A stretch of DNA of 64,000 nucleotides from Lama glama (lineage: Eukaryota). The translations under genes and the position numbers were made by a program. This document shows positions 37,800-49,015 of this stretch, piece after piece. The notes under the pieces were generated by a model. That model had not been told where the DNA came from and did no database searches. It was given only the letters and a program-made list of their open reading frames with translations. Each line of letters starts with the position of its first letter. Position 1 is the stretch's first letter. The DNA is taken from the NCBI GenBank assembly GCA_028534125.1, contig CM052817.1, positions 50,222,001 to 50,286,000 of the forward strand, in the 5' to 3' direction.

Positions 37800-38271
37800 A
37801 GTTTCTGTGGGTCAGAAGTCCAAGCATGACTTAGCTGAGCCATCTTTGGGGCTTAAATCAAGGGGCCAACTGGTTTGCTCTCCTTTGAGGCCTGAAGGGG
37901 GAGGGATTTCCTTCTAAGCTCATGTGGTGTTGGCCGCATTTAGTTCTTACTGGGTTTTTGGACTGAGGGCTCCAGGTTCTTGCTGATTGTTAGGAGCTGC
38001 CTTCAGTTCTTTGCCACATGGGTCTTCTCCATATGGCTTCCTACTTCCTTACAACCAACAAAGAAGAGGGAGTCTCCTCACAAGATGGGCATTTGAATTT
38101 TATATAATGCATTTGCATACTTATAACAAATACATCCCGTCACTTTTCTGTATTCAATTGGTTAGAAGCAAATCACAGGTCCTACTCACACTTAGGAGAA
38201 GGGGAACAATCAAAGATGTAAATACCAGAAGGCAGAAATTGTGAGGGCCACCTAAGAGTCTGCTCACCACA
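37800..38271 (-). mobile_element. MaLR LTR (MLT1-family)
   Basis: gtttctgtgggtcagaagtc...ggactgagggctcc...attggttagaagcaaatcacagg...gagtctgctcaccaCA. Confidence 0.85.
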
Positions 38272-38559
38272 CCTGTAATCTAAAATCCTGTCAGTGCCTT
38301 TAATTTTAATTGATAAAATGAGTGAAGGGTTTCACTTATTTATTCAACAAATATTTCATATACCATATGCTAGGCACTGTCCTTAGATACAGCTCTCGCC
38401 TTCAGTGGCAGATCTATGAATAACTATAATAAAATATAGTGAGCTCTATAGAAAGCATAGGGAAAGACTTGGTATGCCTGATGTAGACAGGGGTAGATTT
38501 TTCTCATCAAATCTGGGCATGATTTTAGAAGAGACTATTAAAGGGATGGTTTGGTATAT

Positions 38560-38930
38560 GCTGTGAGTAGGAAATCACATTTACCAAAATTCATGGAAGG
38601 TTAGTAGGACCAAGTTAGACCACACTGACCTCGTTTGTGTTTTTCATAACACAGAAAGGATTACTAGGATAATACAGTAGGCTTAGAATGGCCCAGAATG
38701 TTTAGAGAGAAGTTCTTGTTATGTCCATTTGAAAATAATGGAGAAATATGGACTAGAATCTAGTACAACTAAAGAAATTAACTGCTAGTGGAAGAAATAT
38801 GCTCAAAGGATACCAATCAGCACTGCTCAACTAATGAACCCACGTCTGGAGGACAACCCCTGTTATCATGTCAGAGTTCCATCCTTGTCTTGTTTCTCTT
38901 GAGCACTTTCATCAGTGATGTTAGTAGGTC
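38560..38930 (+). mobile_element. CR1/L3 RT fragment
   Basis: ORF 38788-38979 (...SCQSSILVLFLLSTFISDV) is a decayed GVPQGSVLGPVLFNIFINDL motif. Confidence 0.7.
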
Positions 38931-39049
38931 CTTCCAAATAAATCTTTATTCAAGTATCCAGCACCTATATAAAAGCTAGGACCATTCTTTCATTGTCTAG
39001 GGATTTTTGGAGGCAAAAGTAAGGTATTATTTCTTATCTCTTTGGAGAA

Positions 39050-40340
39050 AAAGAAAGTTAACATGCTCATGAATAGGAAAACTTAACATTGCAAAGATGT
39101 TGGTTCTTCCCAAAATAATCTATGAGCATAATGAAATTCTATTAAAAAATTCCAATGTAAAAGTTTTGAGAAATGAACAGAGTAACACTAAAATTTATAG
39201 AGGCCTAAGTGTCTGTGAATAGCTAAGAAAAAAGTAAAAGTAAAGAGAGGAGACTTACCCAACCAGATAAGAAGGTATTGTTTTACCAGACAATCAGATA
39301 ATCAGATGTGAATATACATGCATGTATATATACACACATGCACAGCAGTCATAGCTTCATAACTAAGTGGAAAAAAGATTATTTAATAAATTCTACTGGG
39401 AAATGGACTTCATTCTTATACCTATAAAAATTAAAATCAAAATTAATTAAAGATCCAAACATGAAAGGAAATATTATACAACTATTAGAATAAAATTCAG
39501 AAGAGTATCATTCAACCTTGAATCTGGAGGAGATGTTTTAAAATAAGAAACAAATGGATTAATCACAAATAGAAGAAAATTAATAGATTTGACTACAGTA
39601 ACATTAAAGACTTCTGTTTAACATTGGGTACTATATATAAACATTAAAAACAACCTGGAAGAATATGTTTAAAAATATGTAAATAAAGGAAGGTTGAAAG
39701 TGTGAAGAATCCCTACAAATTAAGAAGAAACTGTCAGGCAACCCAATATAGACGTGAACAAAAGGTATGAGTGGGCAATTCACAGGGAGAAAACTTGAAT
39801 GGCTAAAAATCATATGGAGAAGTGCTGATTTTTTTTAGTAACTGTAGAATTAAAAACTAAAATGAGACATGATTTTGTGTACTGATCAGAAGAGTAAAAC
39901 TTTAAAAGTGAGACAGTGTCCTATGCTAGTGAGGATTTGAAAGTATAGAAACTCTCATTCACTATTAGAAGGAAGAATATTGGAGCAACCATTCAGGGAA
40001 CCAACCTGAGTATTTAGTGGAATCAAGTTTGCATGATCTACTACCCATCAGTACAGCTCCTTGGTTATGTGTCTTAAGGAAACTCTTAGCTAGGTACCCA
40101 AATAAGCCTGGATAAGAATATACATCAGAGCACTATTTGTAGTAGTAGAGACTTTGAGACAATGGAAATGCCCAATAAATGTTCAATTAGAAAGCGTTGT
40201 TATATAAGCAAAAAATAGAATAATACATCACAGTTAAACAAGATGAACAAGACGTATAGATATCAGTATGGATTCATACAACATGCATAATATTTTGTGG
40301 AAAAAGTGAGCAGAGTTGGATGTATAGTACAATACCATTT
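39050..40340 (+). mobile_element. Old L1 (L1ME-like) ORF2 3' end and 3' UTR
   Basis: catgctcatgaataggaaaacttaacattgcaaagatg...tttgactac...aaagacttctgtt...caaaaggtatgagtgggcaattcacag. Confidence 0.8.
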
Positions 40341-41212
40341 GGGTAAATTTATATTCAAGATCAGGTGCTTAGAGTGGAGGAAAGAAGAGGATGGGATATC
40401 AAGGTTGTGGAGATGAAGGGAATGACCAAAAAATGTGAGGAAATTAATTAATTATTGAAAATAACATACCACAAACTGACAGTTTGTAAATCTGATAAAA
40501 AGAATGCAAAAACTCTTAAAGGACCTACTCTCTTTAAGAACTTTCTAGACCCTAGACCCTCATTTTATAAAGAAGTCTTTTTTCCTTTTGTAAAATCCGC
40601 ATGACCAGGCAAAGGCACTCATACTTTCAAAGCTGTCTTGCATTGAGGAAATAAAAGAATCACATCATAGAGGTCGTCTTGATGGACTTTGCCTTTGAGA
40701 AAGGGTATTTAGATTAGGGTTTAGAAAATGACCACATTAGCTAGAATAAGAACAAGAAATAAAATTCAAGAAGGAGTGATTCATATTTCAGGCCCAAGTT
40801 ACAAGACCTGGACTGGATCCAGGAACTTGAAACAACTGATATTAAAACTAAATGATTGGGACAAGATGGGGCAGGTTGAGGTGTTTAGTTAATGAAAATC
40901 AGGGAAGCTACAAGTAGGAACAGGGACTGGAATATGGATGGGATAGTTGCAAGAGCTGGAGGGAAAGAGAAGTATCTGCACAGGTCAAAGGGGATGAATT
41001 GGGGAGGGAAGGCAGAACAATATAAAAAATAAGGTATAAAAATAATCTATTTTTGTAAACCCAAACTCAAGCTAGTTTGAGGGGGGCTTCTTTTGCTTCT
41101 AGCTGGCTTGTTGATTTAGGAAACTCCAATAAGGTATTTCTCAGGAATCTGCTCTTCAATTTTATAACCTCTAAACATGGGGTGAACTATTATAAGGATC
41201 ACTGCCTCTCCT

Positions 41213-41612
41213 TGACAGTGAGTCTCTTTTTGACCAAACTTTTAGAGAGATTCCTCTGAGCGCTCTTTTGAGCATTGGCCTTGGGCCCTCTCTTCAGTCT
41301 GCTGAGTCCAGTTTTAGTAAGAATCCTATTAAGTCAGTTCAGTGAGAATCTCTCCTCACCCTTGATACCTGATTTCTTGGGCCTGCCTTAAGCAAAGAAT
41401 CACCCTATCCTTGATGTCTTCTTGTAGTAATTTTCCACCCACTGACAACCCTCATTCTGCCCATTGGCTATATATCTGCAGCTGTCTTTGTTGTTGAGTT
41501 GAGCACACACTCTCTCCCCTACTGTGATAGTCTTGACATCAATCATGAATAGTCTTGAATAAAGTCTTCCTTACTGTTTCAACAAGTATCAGAATAGTTT
41601 CTTTCTTTACCA
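41213..41612 (+). mobile_element. ERV1 solo LTR, MER31-like, with intact TG...CA ends and 4-bp TSD
   Basis: TGACAGTGAGTCTCTTTTTGACCAAACTTTAG start, TATA-like ggctatata (~41467), AATAAA (~41558), end ...ctttacCA. TSD TCCT at 41209-41212 and 41613-41616. Confidence 0.88.
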
Positions 41613-43986
41613 TCCTGAAACAAAAGCTTTCATGATGAATAGTAATCATGGGAGGTGAAGGTAGGGTGGCTTGGGACTGTAGGGGATAAGGTTTACTGTT
41701 CACTGTATGCAAGAGATCTAACAAACCCCAGGGAGGTTCCCCCCTTAAAGGGGTGTCAGTATTAGACATACATGGCATGACTGTAAGGAGATATAAATCA
41801 CATCAAACACAGGTTCAGCGGTACCCCTTCTGACCTCTGGAGGAAGATGTACAGGCACAGTGATTGGTGACGGAAGGTGTTGTTTCCTTATTCCTTCTGC
41901 ATCAGGACCATATGCTATCAATAGTCTCTGATCTCCATGATTTTTGTCTCCAGATTCACAGTGATAGTGGCTTCTTACAACGAAGCAGCTTTTGAGGCAG
42001 ATATGAAAAAGCTCTGCCACTTGAATAATCTCCAGGGCATCCTTTGACTTTTCCTGTAGTGCCGTGGCATGTTGACAGGGAGTCTGAAAACAAAAGGTTG
42101 ACTGTGAAGGCTTGTGCTTCTTATCATCCTGTGTTTCCAAATGGTTTGCTGCTCTGGGAGTTTCTTTTCCTTGCATTCTAGCAGTCCAGTAAGGACTTTC
42201 CTCTCCACCAAGGCTGCCTGCTTTCTGGCCAGATGCAAGCTTCTGCCTGTATCCTCCTCCTCCTGGAGGTGAAGAGGAAGGTAAACATTTCTGCCTGCTG
42301 AGTCTCGTTTATGTGATTGATGCTGAGACTTCCAATTTCTAGGACAAATGATCCATTAGTGGAAATGGGCACACAGGAAACCTCAGTGCCAGTAAGTTAA
42401 GTACCCAGCGCAGTACTCAGTGAACAGTCTGCTGATCTCAATTGTTGGCAATTAGCAGTGATTAGCAAGTGTGAGCTTGGTGGGTGGCACAATGAGATTC
42501 TTCTTACTGATGAGACAAAGTCACAAACAACCCAGAGACATACTGCCATGAATATGCAACAAAAAAGCTCAATCACTTTGCGAGGGGATCTGACCAAAGG
42601 AGGACTCTTGTGAATGTTTTAATTTCTCCTTTTAAACCTCTCATTAACTCTCAAACAATCCATTATGAGAAGGGCTGGATACTCATTTAGAATCAGATAC
42701 TCTGTATGCCTCCTGAGTTAGAGAAATTAGAATGAGAAGAAAATAAATCCCCACAAAATTGTGCAACCTCGGGAGCACAGGTATTTTTTACTTTTTTTTT
42801 TTTTTTTGGCCAACCTAGCACAGTACTTGCACCTCGGGGATCTCAGTACATGTTGGTGAAAGTGAATTAAAATCAGGTTTCCTTGCTCTAGCTCCTTATA
42901 GTCTGTTAGCCTTTTCTTGTCTCTTCCATTATTTAATTTAATTTTTTACTACTATTTCTTTCTTGTTTCTTTTAAAAAAATCATGAAGACTGTATTTGTA
43001 ATGTTTTGTTTATATTAGGTATATATTTGAGAGATTTGTAAAGTTGAAATTAAATATAATTTTTTATTTCCCTATTGATTTTTACTATAATTTCATAGTA
43101 TTCTCATCAAAATATTTGGGCTCAAGGCATGATGAAAAATTAATATCCATTTCAAATAACTTTCTGCTCCTGGCAATGCACAATCAGCGGGCAATTATTC
43201 TCCCATATAGCAAGAAAAAAATCAAGTGGGCAATTAATTTACATGTTCTTTAAACATTCACATATTAAATCATATTATAGAATTCCCATTTCCTTGGGAG
43301 TTCTCACTCTGTCAGACTTGCATATCTCAACTGACCACATGATTTAAACCAGTATTCAGAGAAATTCACTCATTAGAAGAACCTCATAGAGATACTGCTT
43401 TAACAAATGCAGGCCATATCATTCCACTATTGTGTGCAGAATGCTCTGTGCAGGCAAGGACTACTTCTACATGTTCACTGTAAAATCCCCAGGGCCCAGC
43501 ACTGTGACATGTGGTAGAATTGAAAGAACAAGTTACTTAGCTACTCAACATCAAATAAAACAGGGATATTGTTTCATAAAAATCAAAATATATTCACTCT
43601 TATTATTCCTTCTTAGAAATTAAGTAATTACTACTTTAAAGTCACATTTAAGTCTTTATACAACTACACAGTAGAAAAAAATACATTATATCACCGAATC
43701 ATTGGAGAATATGCTTTAATTTTATTGCTTAAAGGATACTATTACTCACTGTATAATTTAAACAGGTGATGATATGACCTAAAGTTAACTATGCATCTCA
43801 GTATCTAGGGCCAAGGTGAGAAAATGATAGTAACTAAAGCTAACAAGAATCAATGCCTAATGGATGGAAGTAAATGCAACCTGTCTTTGAAATTTGAGTC
43901 AGATTATCCTTACTTTAATGAAGCACAATCCTCATTTTATTTTCACCAAGCAGTCAGCTGATTGTGAATCCAGTTTTCTTCTTCTT

Positions 43987-45082
43987 GTTTTATTTATTTA
44001 ATTATATTTTTAAACTGCTTTATTGAGGTGTGATTGAGATACACAAAGCTATGGTTATTGGATGTATAAAACTTGATGTGTTTGGAGATAAACTCACCCT
44101 TGAAACCATCATCACTACTAATGCCATAAACTCATCCAACATCTCCAAAGTTTCTTCCTGCCCCCTTTGTTTCTTTTGTGGCAAGAGCACTTAACATAAG
44201 ATCTACCCTCTTAGCAAATTTTTAAGTATACAATACTATTAATTATAGGCCCTATATTGTCCAGTAGAACTCCAGAACTTATTTATATTGCATAACTGAA
44301 ACTTTGTACCCTTTGATCAACACCTCCCCATTTCTCCCTCCACCCAGCAACGGCACCACATTCTACTCTCTGCTTCTGTATGTTTGACTATTTTAGGTTC
44401 CACATATAAGTGAGATCATGCAGTCTATTCTTGTGTGTCTGAATTATTTCACTTAGCATAATATCCTTTAGGCCTAAGCAAGTTGTTGCAAATGGCAGAT
44501 GTCCTTCATTTTTAAGGATGAAAAATATTTCATTGTATATAGAAATCAAATTTTCTTTGTTCTTTGTTTGTGTCCATTGATGGACCTTTAGGTTTTCTCC
44601 ATAATTTCGCTATTGTGAATAATTCTTGAATGAACCTGTAGATATTTATTTGAGATCCTGATTTCAATTCAGGATTTATACCCAGAAGTGGAACTTCTGG
44701 ATCAGATGGTAATTCTATTTTTAAATTTTTGTCCGGGAGAACGTGAGTATTGTTTTCACAGTAGCTGCCTTGATTTATGTTCCCACCAGCAGTATACAAG
44801 TGTTTCCTTTTCTTCACATCATGGCTAGTGTTTGCTAATCTTTGTTTTTTAGATAATAGTTATTCTAACAGCTGTGAGATGATATCTCATTGTGGTTTTG
44901 ATTTGCATTTCCCTTATGATTAGTAACTTTGAGCACATTTTCATGTACCTGCTGGACATTTGCATGTCTTTGGAGAAAGGTCTATTCAGGTCCTTCGTCC
45001 ATTTTTATATTGGATTATTTGTGTTTTTTTGCTATTGAGTTGTGTGAGTTCAGTATATACTTTGGATACCCCTTATCAGATA
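43987..45082 (-). mobile_element. L1 3' end (L1MA-like)
   Basis: The minus ORF 44530-44817 (...LKIELPSDPEVPLLGINP...LFTIAKLWRKPKGP) is the L1 ORF2 C-terminus. A T-rich tail lies at ~43990. Confidence 0.92.
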
Positions 45083-45375
45083 GTTTCTGAAATATATGTC
45101 AGCTATATTTCAATTATTTTGAAAATCTTCTTATTGTAAATGTAAATCTTAGTATTATATCTTATACATTAGCTGATTTTGAATGGGTTCAGTATTAACC
45201 AATTTTCTAGACATCAAAGCATCCCTGAATGAAGCGATTTTTAATAGAGTTTTTTTTTTGTATGTACAAAATTGAGGAATAAACATAACGAGACACAATT
45301 AATTTATTATTTTGTCCCCAAATTATCTGGAATGGACTGTCTTGCCTTTTAAAAATTATCCATCTTAACCATACT

Positions 45376-45503
45376 CAGTAACCCTTGATCATCATTAATG
45401 CGAACTGATTCATGCATAGACTGTGTCAAAATTCAGGTTTTCCCCGACTTCCACAAAACCCTGATTTTGAATAACCTGAGACCAGATTAATGAGGATTAA
45501 TTG
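45376..45503. mobile_element. Short palindromic MITE-like relic (possibly Tigger-type)
   Basis: Degenerate outer inverted repeat cagtaacccttgatcatc / gattaatgaggattaattg, plus inner inverted repeat TCAAAATTCAGGTTTT / AAAACCCTGATTTTGA. Confidence 0.45.
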
Positions 45504-45879
45504 TGTGCCTTCCCAGATGTTCTTTTGACCTTTTCATATGAATGAATCACTTTAGCCTTCAGCCTTTATGACTGCCTTTTATTAGAAGTCTGCAAATATC
45601 TAGTAATGAGGTGCTTGAAATTGAATAAAGAGTGTTTCGGGGCTCTTCTTATTGGGGGCAATTAACATCTCCCATCATTATCACCTTAATAACATTCAAA
45701 TATGAGTAGACTAAAGATTTATTTTTATGTGCTTTAAAGTTGCGTATTTGACTGCTGGGCTTACTAAAAGTGGTTCATGATAACCAAGTATTTCTTCACT
45801 TGCTCCAAACAAATTTTATATCACAAAGTGATAACAAAACTAGCAAACAAAACAGAACACTTCATTATCATCAGGGATA

Positions 45880-47222
45880 ATTTTTTTTTATTTAAATTTT
45901 TATTTTCTTCCATTTTTATTGAGATATAATTGTTATACAGCACTGTATAACTTTAAGGTATACAGAATATGATCTGGTTTACATACATTGTGAAATGATT
46001 ACTACAGTAAGTTTAATAAAAATTCATCATCTCATATAGATACCAAAAAGTGGTTTTTTTCTTTATAATGAGAACTCTTGGAATCTACTCTCTTAACAAG
46101 TTTCATATATACTAACAGCAATGTTAACTATAGCTGTCATGTTGTATATTATATCCCCAGTACTTATTTATCTTATAATTGGAAGTTTATATCTTTTGAC
46201 CACCTTCATCCAGTTTCCCCTCCCCCAAACCTCCCCTACCTCTGACAAGCACAAACCTGATCTCTTTTTCTATGACTCTCTTTTTTTCTTTTTTTAAGAT
46301 CCCATGTATAGTGAGATCATACATATTTGTCTTTGTCTAACCTATTTCACTTATTATAAAGTCCTCAAGTTCCCTCCATGTTGCCACAAATGTTAGGATT
46401 TCCTCATTTTTTATCACTGAATAATATTCAGTGATATTATGTGTATATATATATATATATACACATATATACATACACCACAGCTTCTTTATCTATTCAT
46501 TCATGATGAACACCTAGGTTGTTTCCATGCCGTAGCTGTTGTAAATAATGATGCTATCAACGAACATAGGGGTACAGATGTAAGTTCAGCATAGTGTTTT
46601 CATTTCCTTCAGATATATACTCAGAAATAGAATGCTGGATTATATAGTAGTTCCATTTTTAATTTTTGGAGGAACCTAAATATTGTTTTCCTTAGTGGCT
46701 CCACTAATTTACAATTCTACCAAGTGATCAAGGGTTCCTTTTCCTCCACATCCTTGCTAGCGTTTATCTCGTCTTTATCAGCATGTTATCTCTTGTCTTT
46801 TTGATGATAGCCATTCTAACAGGCATGCAGTGATATCTCATTGTGGTTTTTGATTTTCATTTCCCTAATGATTAGTGATGTTGAATACCTTTTCATGTAC
46901 CAGTCGGTCGTTTGTATGTCATCTTTGGAAAAAGTGTCTGTTCAGGTCCTTGCCCATTTTTTAATTCGACTATTTGTACTTTTGCTACTGAGATGTGTGA
47001 GTTCTTTGTATATTTTGGATTTTAACCCCTTATCAGATATGTGGTTTGCAAATTTATTTTCCCATTCCAGAGGCTGTCTTTTCATTTTGTTAATCATTTC
47101 TGTTGCTGTGCAGAAGCTTTTTAGTTTAATGTAATCCCACTTGTCTATTTTTGATTTTGTTGCTTGTGCTTTAAGCATTATATACTAAAAATTGCCAAGA
47201 CCTCTATCAAGGTGATTTTTTC
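45880..47222 (-). mobile_element. L1 3' end (L1MA-like)
   Basis: The minus ORF 46942-47178 ([50 protein letters not shown]) is L1 ORF2. A T-rich tail lies at ~45880-45920. Confidence 0.95.
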
Positions 47223-47599
47223 GTAAGGGATGTATTTTTATTTTCACTGATTTATTATTGCATGTTTCTATTTCATATAAATCTTCTCATAATATATAGT
47301 TTTTAAGGCTTTCCAATAAAGTCTAATTTTATTTTGCTACTTTGCCATGTTTAAATGCTGAGTCATCATGTGTTGTTTAGGTATGTTGTGCAAAGAACAC
47401 TTTTCTTTGTGCATAATCAGTACTGTGCTATTCCTTTTCTAATCTATTCATATTTAAAAATCGAGTTAATGATCATTTTTACCCATATTGATTTAGGTTA
47501 GCAAAATTTAGGCTTATTCAGAAAAGAGGATCAAAATATTTATTTTCTAGTCTCTGAGGCTGGATATCATCTTCTAAATCAAGAACTTAAAAAATGAAT

Positions 47600-49015
47600 A
47601 TCAACTTTATTTAAGTATAATTCATACCCAATAAATTTGATCATTTCAAGTATACAGTTTGATAAGTCTTAACAAATGTAATACAGCTATGTACGTACTA
47701 CTGCAGTCAAGGTTAGAATATTTCTTTCTGGAAATATCCCTCTTCTCTTTTACATTAAATCCCAGACCTTTCCAACCCCTCTCCACTCCCTATCACTATA
47801 GTTGTATAGTTCTCTGTTCTCTGGAATTTTATATACATAGAATCATAGAGTATATAATCCTGTCTGGCTTTCTTTAACCATAATGCTTTTGAGACTCATC
47901 CTATTATTGCATTTATCAGTAGTTTGCTCCTTTTTTTTTATTGCTAAGAAATACTCTGTCATGTGGATATACCACAATATATTTGCTTACCTGCTCCCTG
48001 TCTGATGGATGTTTGGGTTGTTTTTGGGTTTTAGCTACTGTGGTATAATGGAGAATATATAATGTCTCTGTCCACAGTTTCTGGCACAGAGATGAAAAAA
48101 TCCTGTAATTTCTTATGTAACAGGAGTGTCTTTGTTATGTTAATGAGGTGATTTATACTGAAGGGGGACCCAAGATAGCATGAGATGAGGGCTGGTCACC
48201 AGAAAGGACTAGCACATGATCAGAGGGTTGGACCTTTCAGCTACCTAAATTTCAAGGTTGGAAGGGGAGCTGGAGATTGACTTCAGTACCATGACCGATA
48301 TTTAATCAGTCATGCCAAAATAATGATACTGTAAAAATTCTGGACATGAGATTTCATGCAGCTTTCTGATTGGTGAACATATTGATGTGCCCAGGAAGGT
48401 GCCATTCCCTGACTCCACAGGGAGAAGGCATGAAAGGCCTCCAAACAGGACCTTCCCAGACCTTGCCATATGTATCTCTTATGTTTAGATGTTCCCCAAT
48501 TGCATCCTTCATAATAAAAATGGAGCAAAGCCCTTTTCAGGAATTCTGTGAGCTATTCTCATGAATTAGAGCATCTGAAGAGGTTATGGGAACCTCTGAA
48601 TTTGTAGCCAGGCTGTCTTAGGTGTGGGTAGCCCAAGATTTGCATCTGGCGTCTGAAGTGAGGGCAGTCTTATGAAGGATTAAACCCTTAAAACTGTGGA
48701 GTCTGATTCTAACTCCAGGCATTCACCTGGGGCAGAAATGAAGTAAATATTATGAATAAAACTGCTAAATATTAGTGTACCAGTGTTTGTGAGAACGTAA
48801 GTTTTTATTTCTAGGAGAGGGATTCCTAGACTTTGTGGTAACTTTATAAGAAACTTCCAAACTGCTTTCCAAAATGGCTGTACTCTTTTGCGTTTTATCC
48901 AGCACTGTATGAGAATTCTAGTTGCCAGCCTTTGGTATTATTCATCTTTTGGATTTTAGCTATTCACATAGATATTTAGTGGGATCTCATTATAGTTTTA
49001 AACTTGCATTTCCCT
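47600..49015 (-). mobile_element. Old L1 (L1MB/ME-like) 3' end interrupted by an LTR
   Basis: caactttatttaagtataatt...gatggatgtttgggttg, resuming after the LTR at ~48748 tattatgaataaaactgc...ccaaactgctttccaaaatggctgtac. Confidence 0.82.
48039..48747. mobile_element. LTR, MER21-like
   Basis: TGTGGTATAATGGAGAATATA...tctggcacagag...gggctggtcaccagaaag...gagggttggacctttcagc...gagggcagtcttatg...tgtggagtctgattctaactccagg. Confidence 0.8.
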
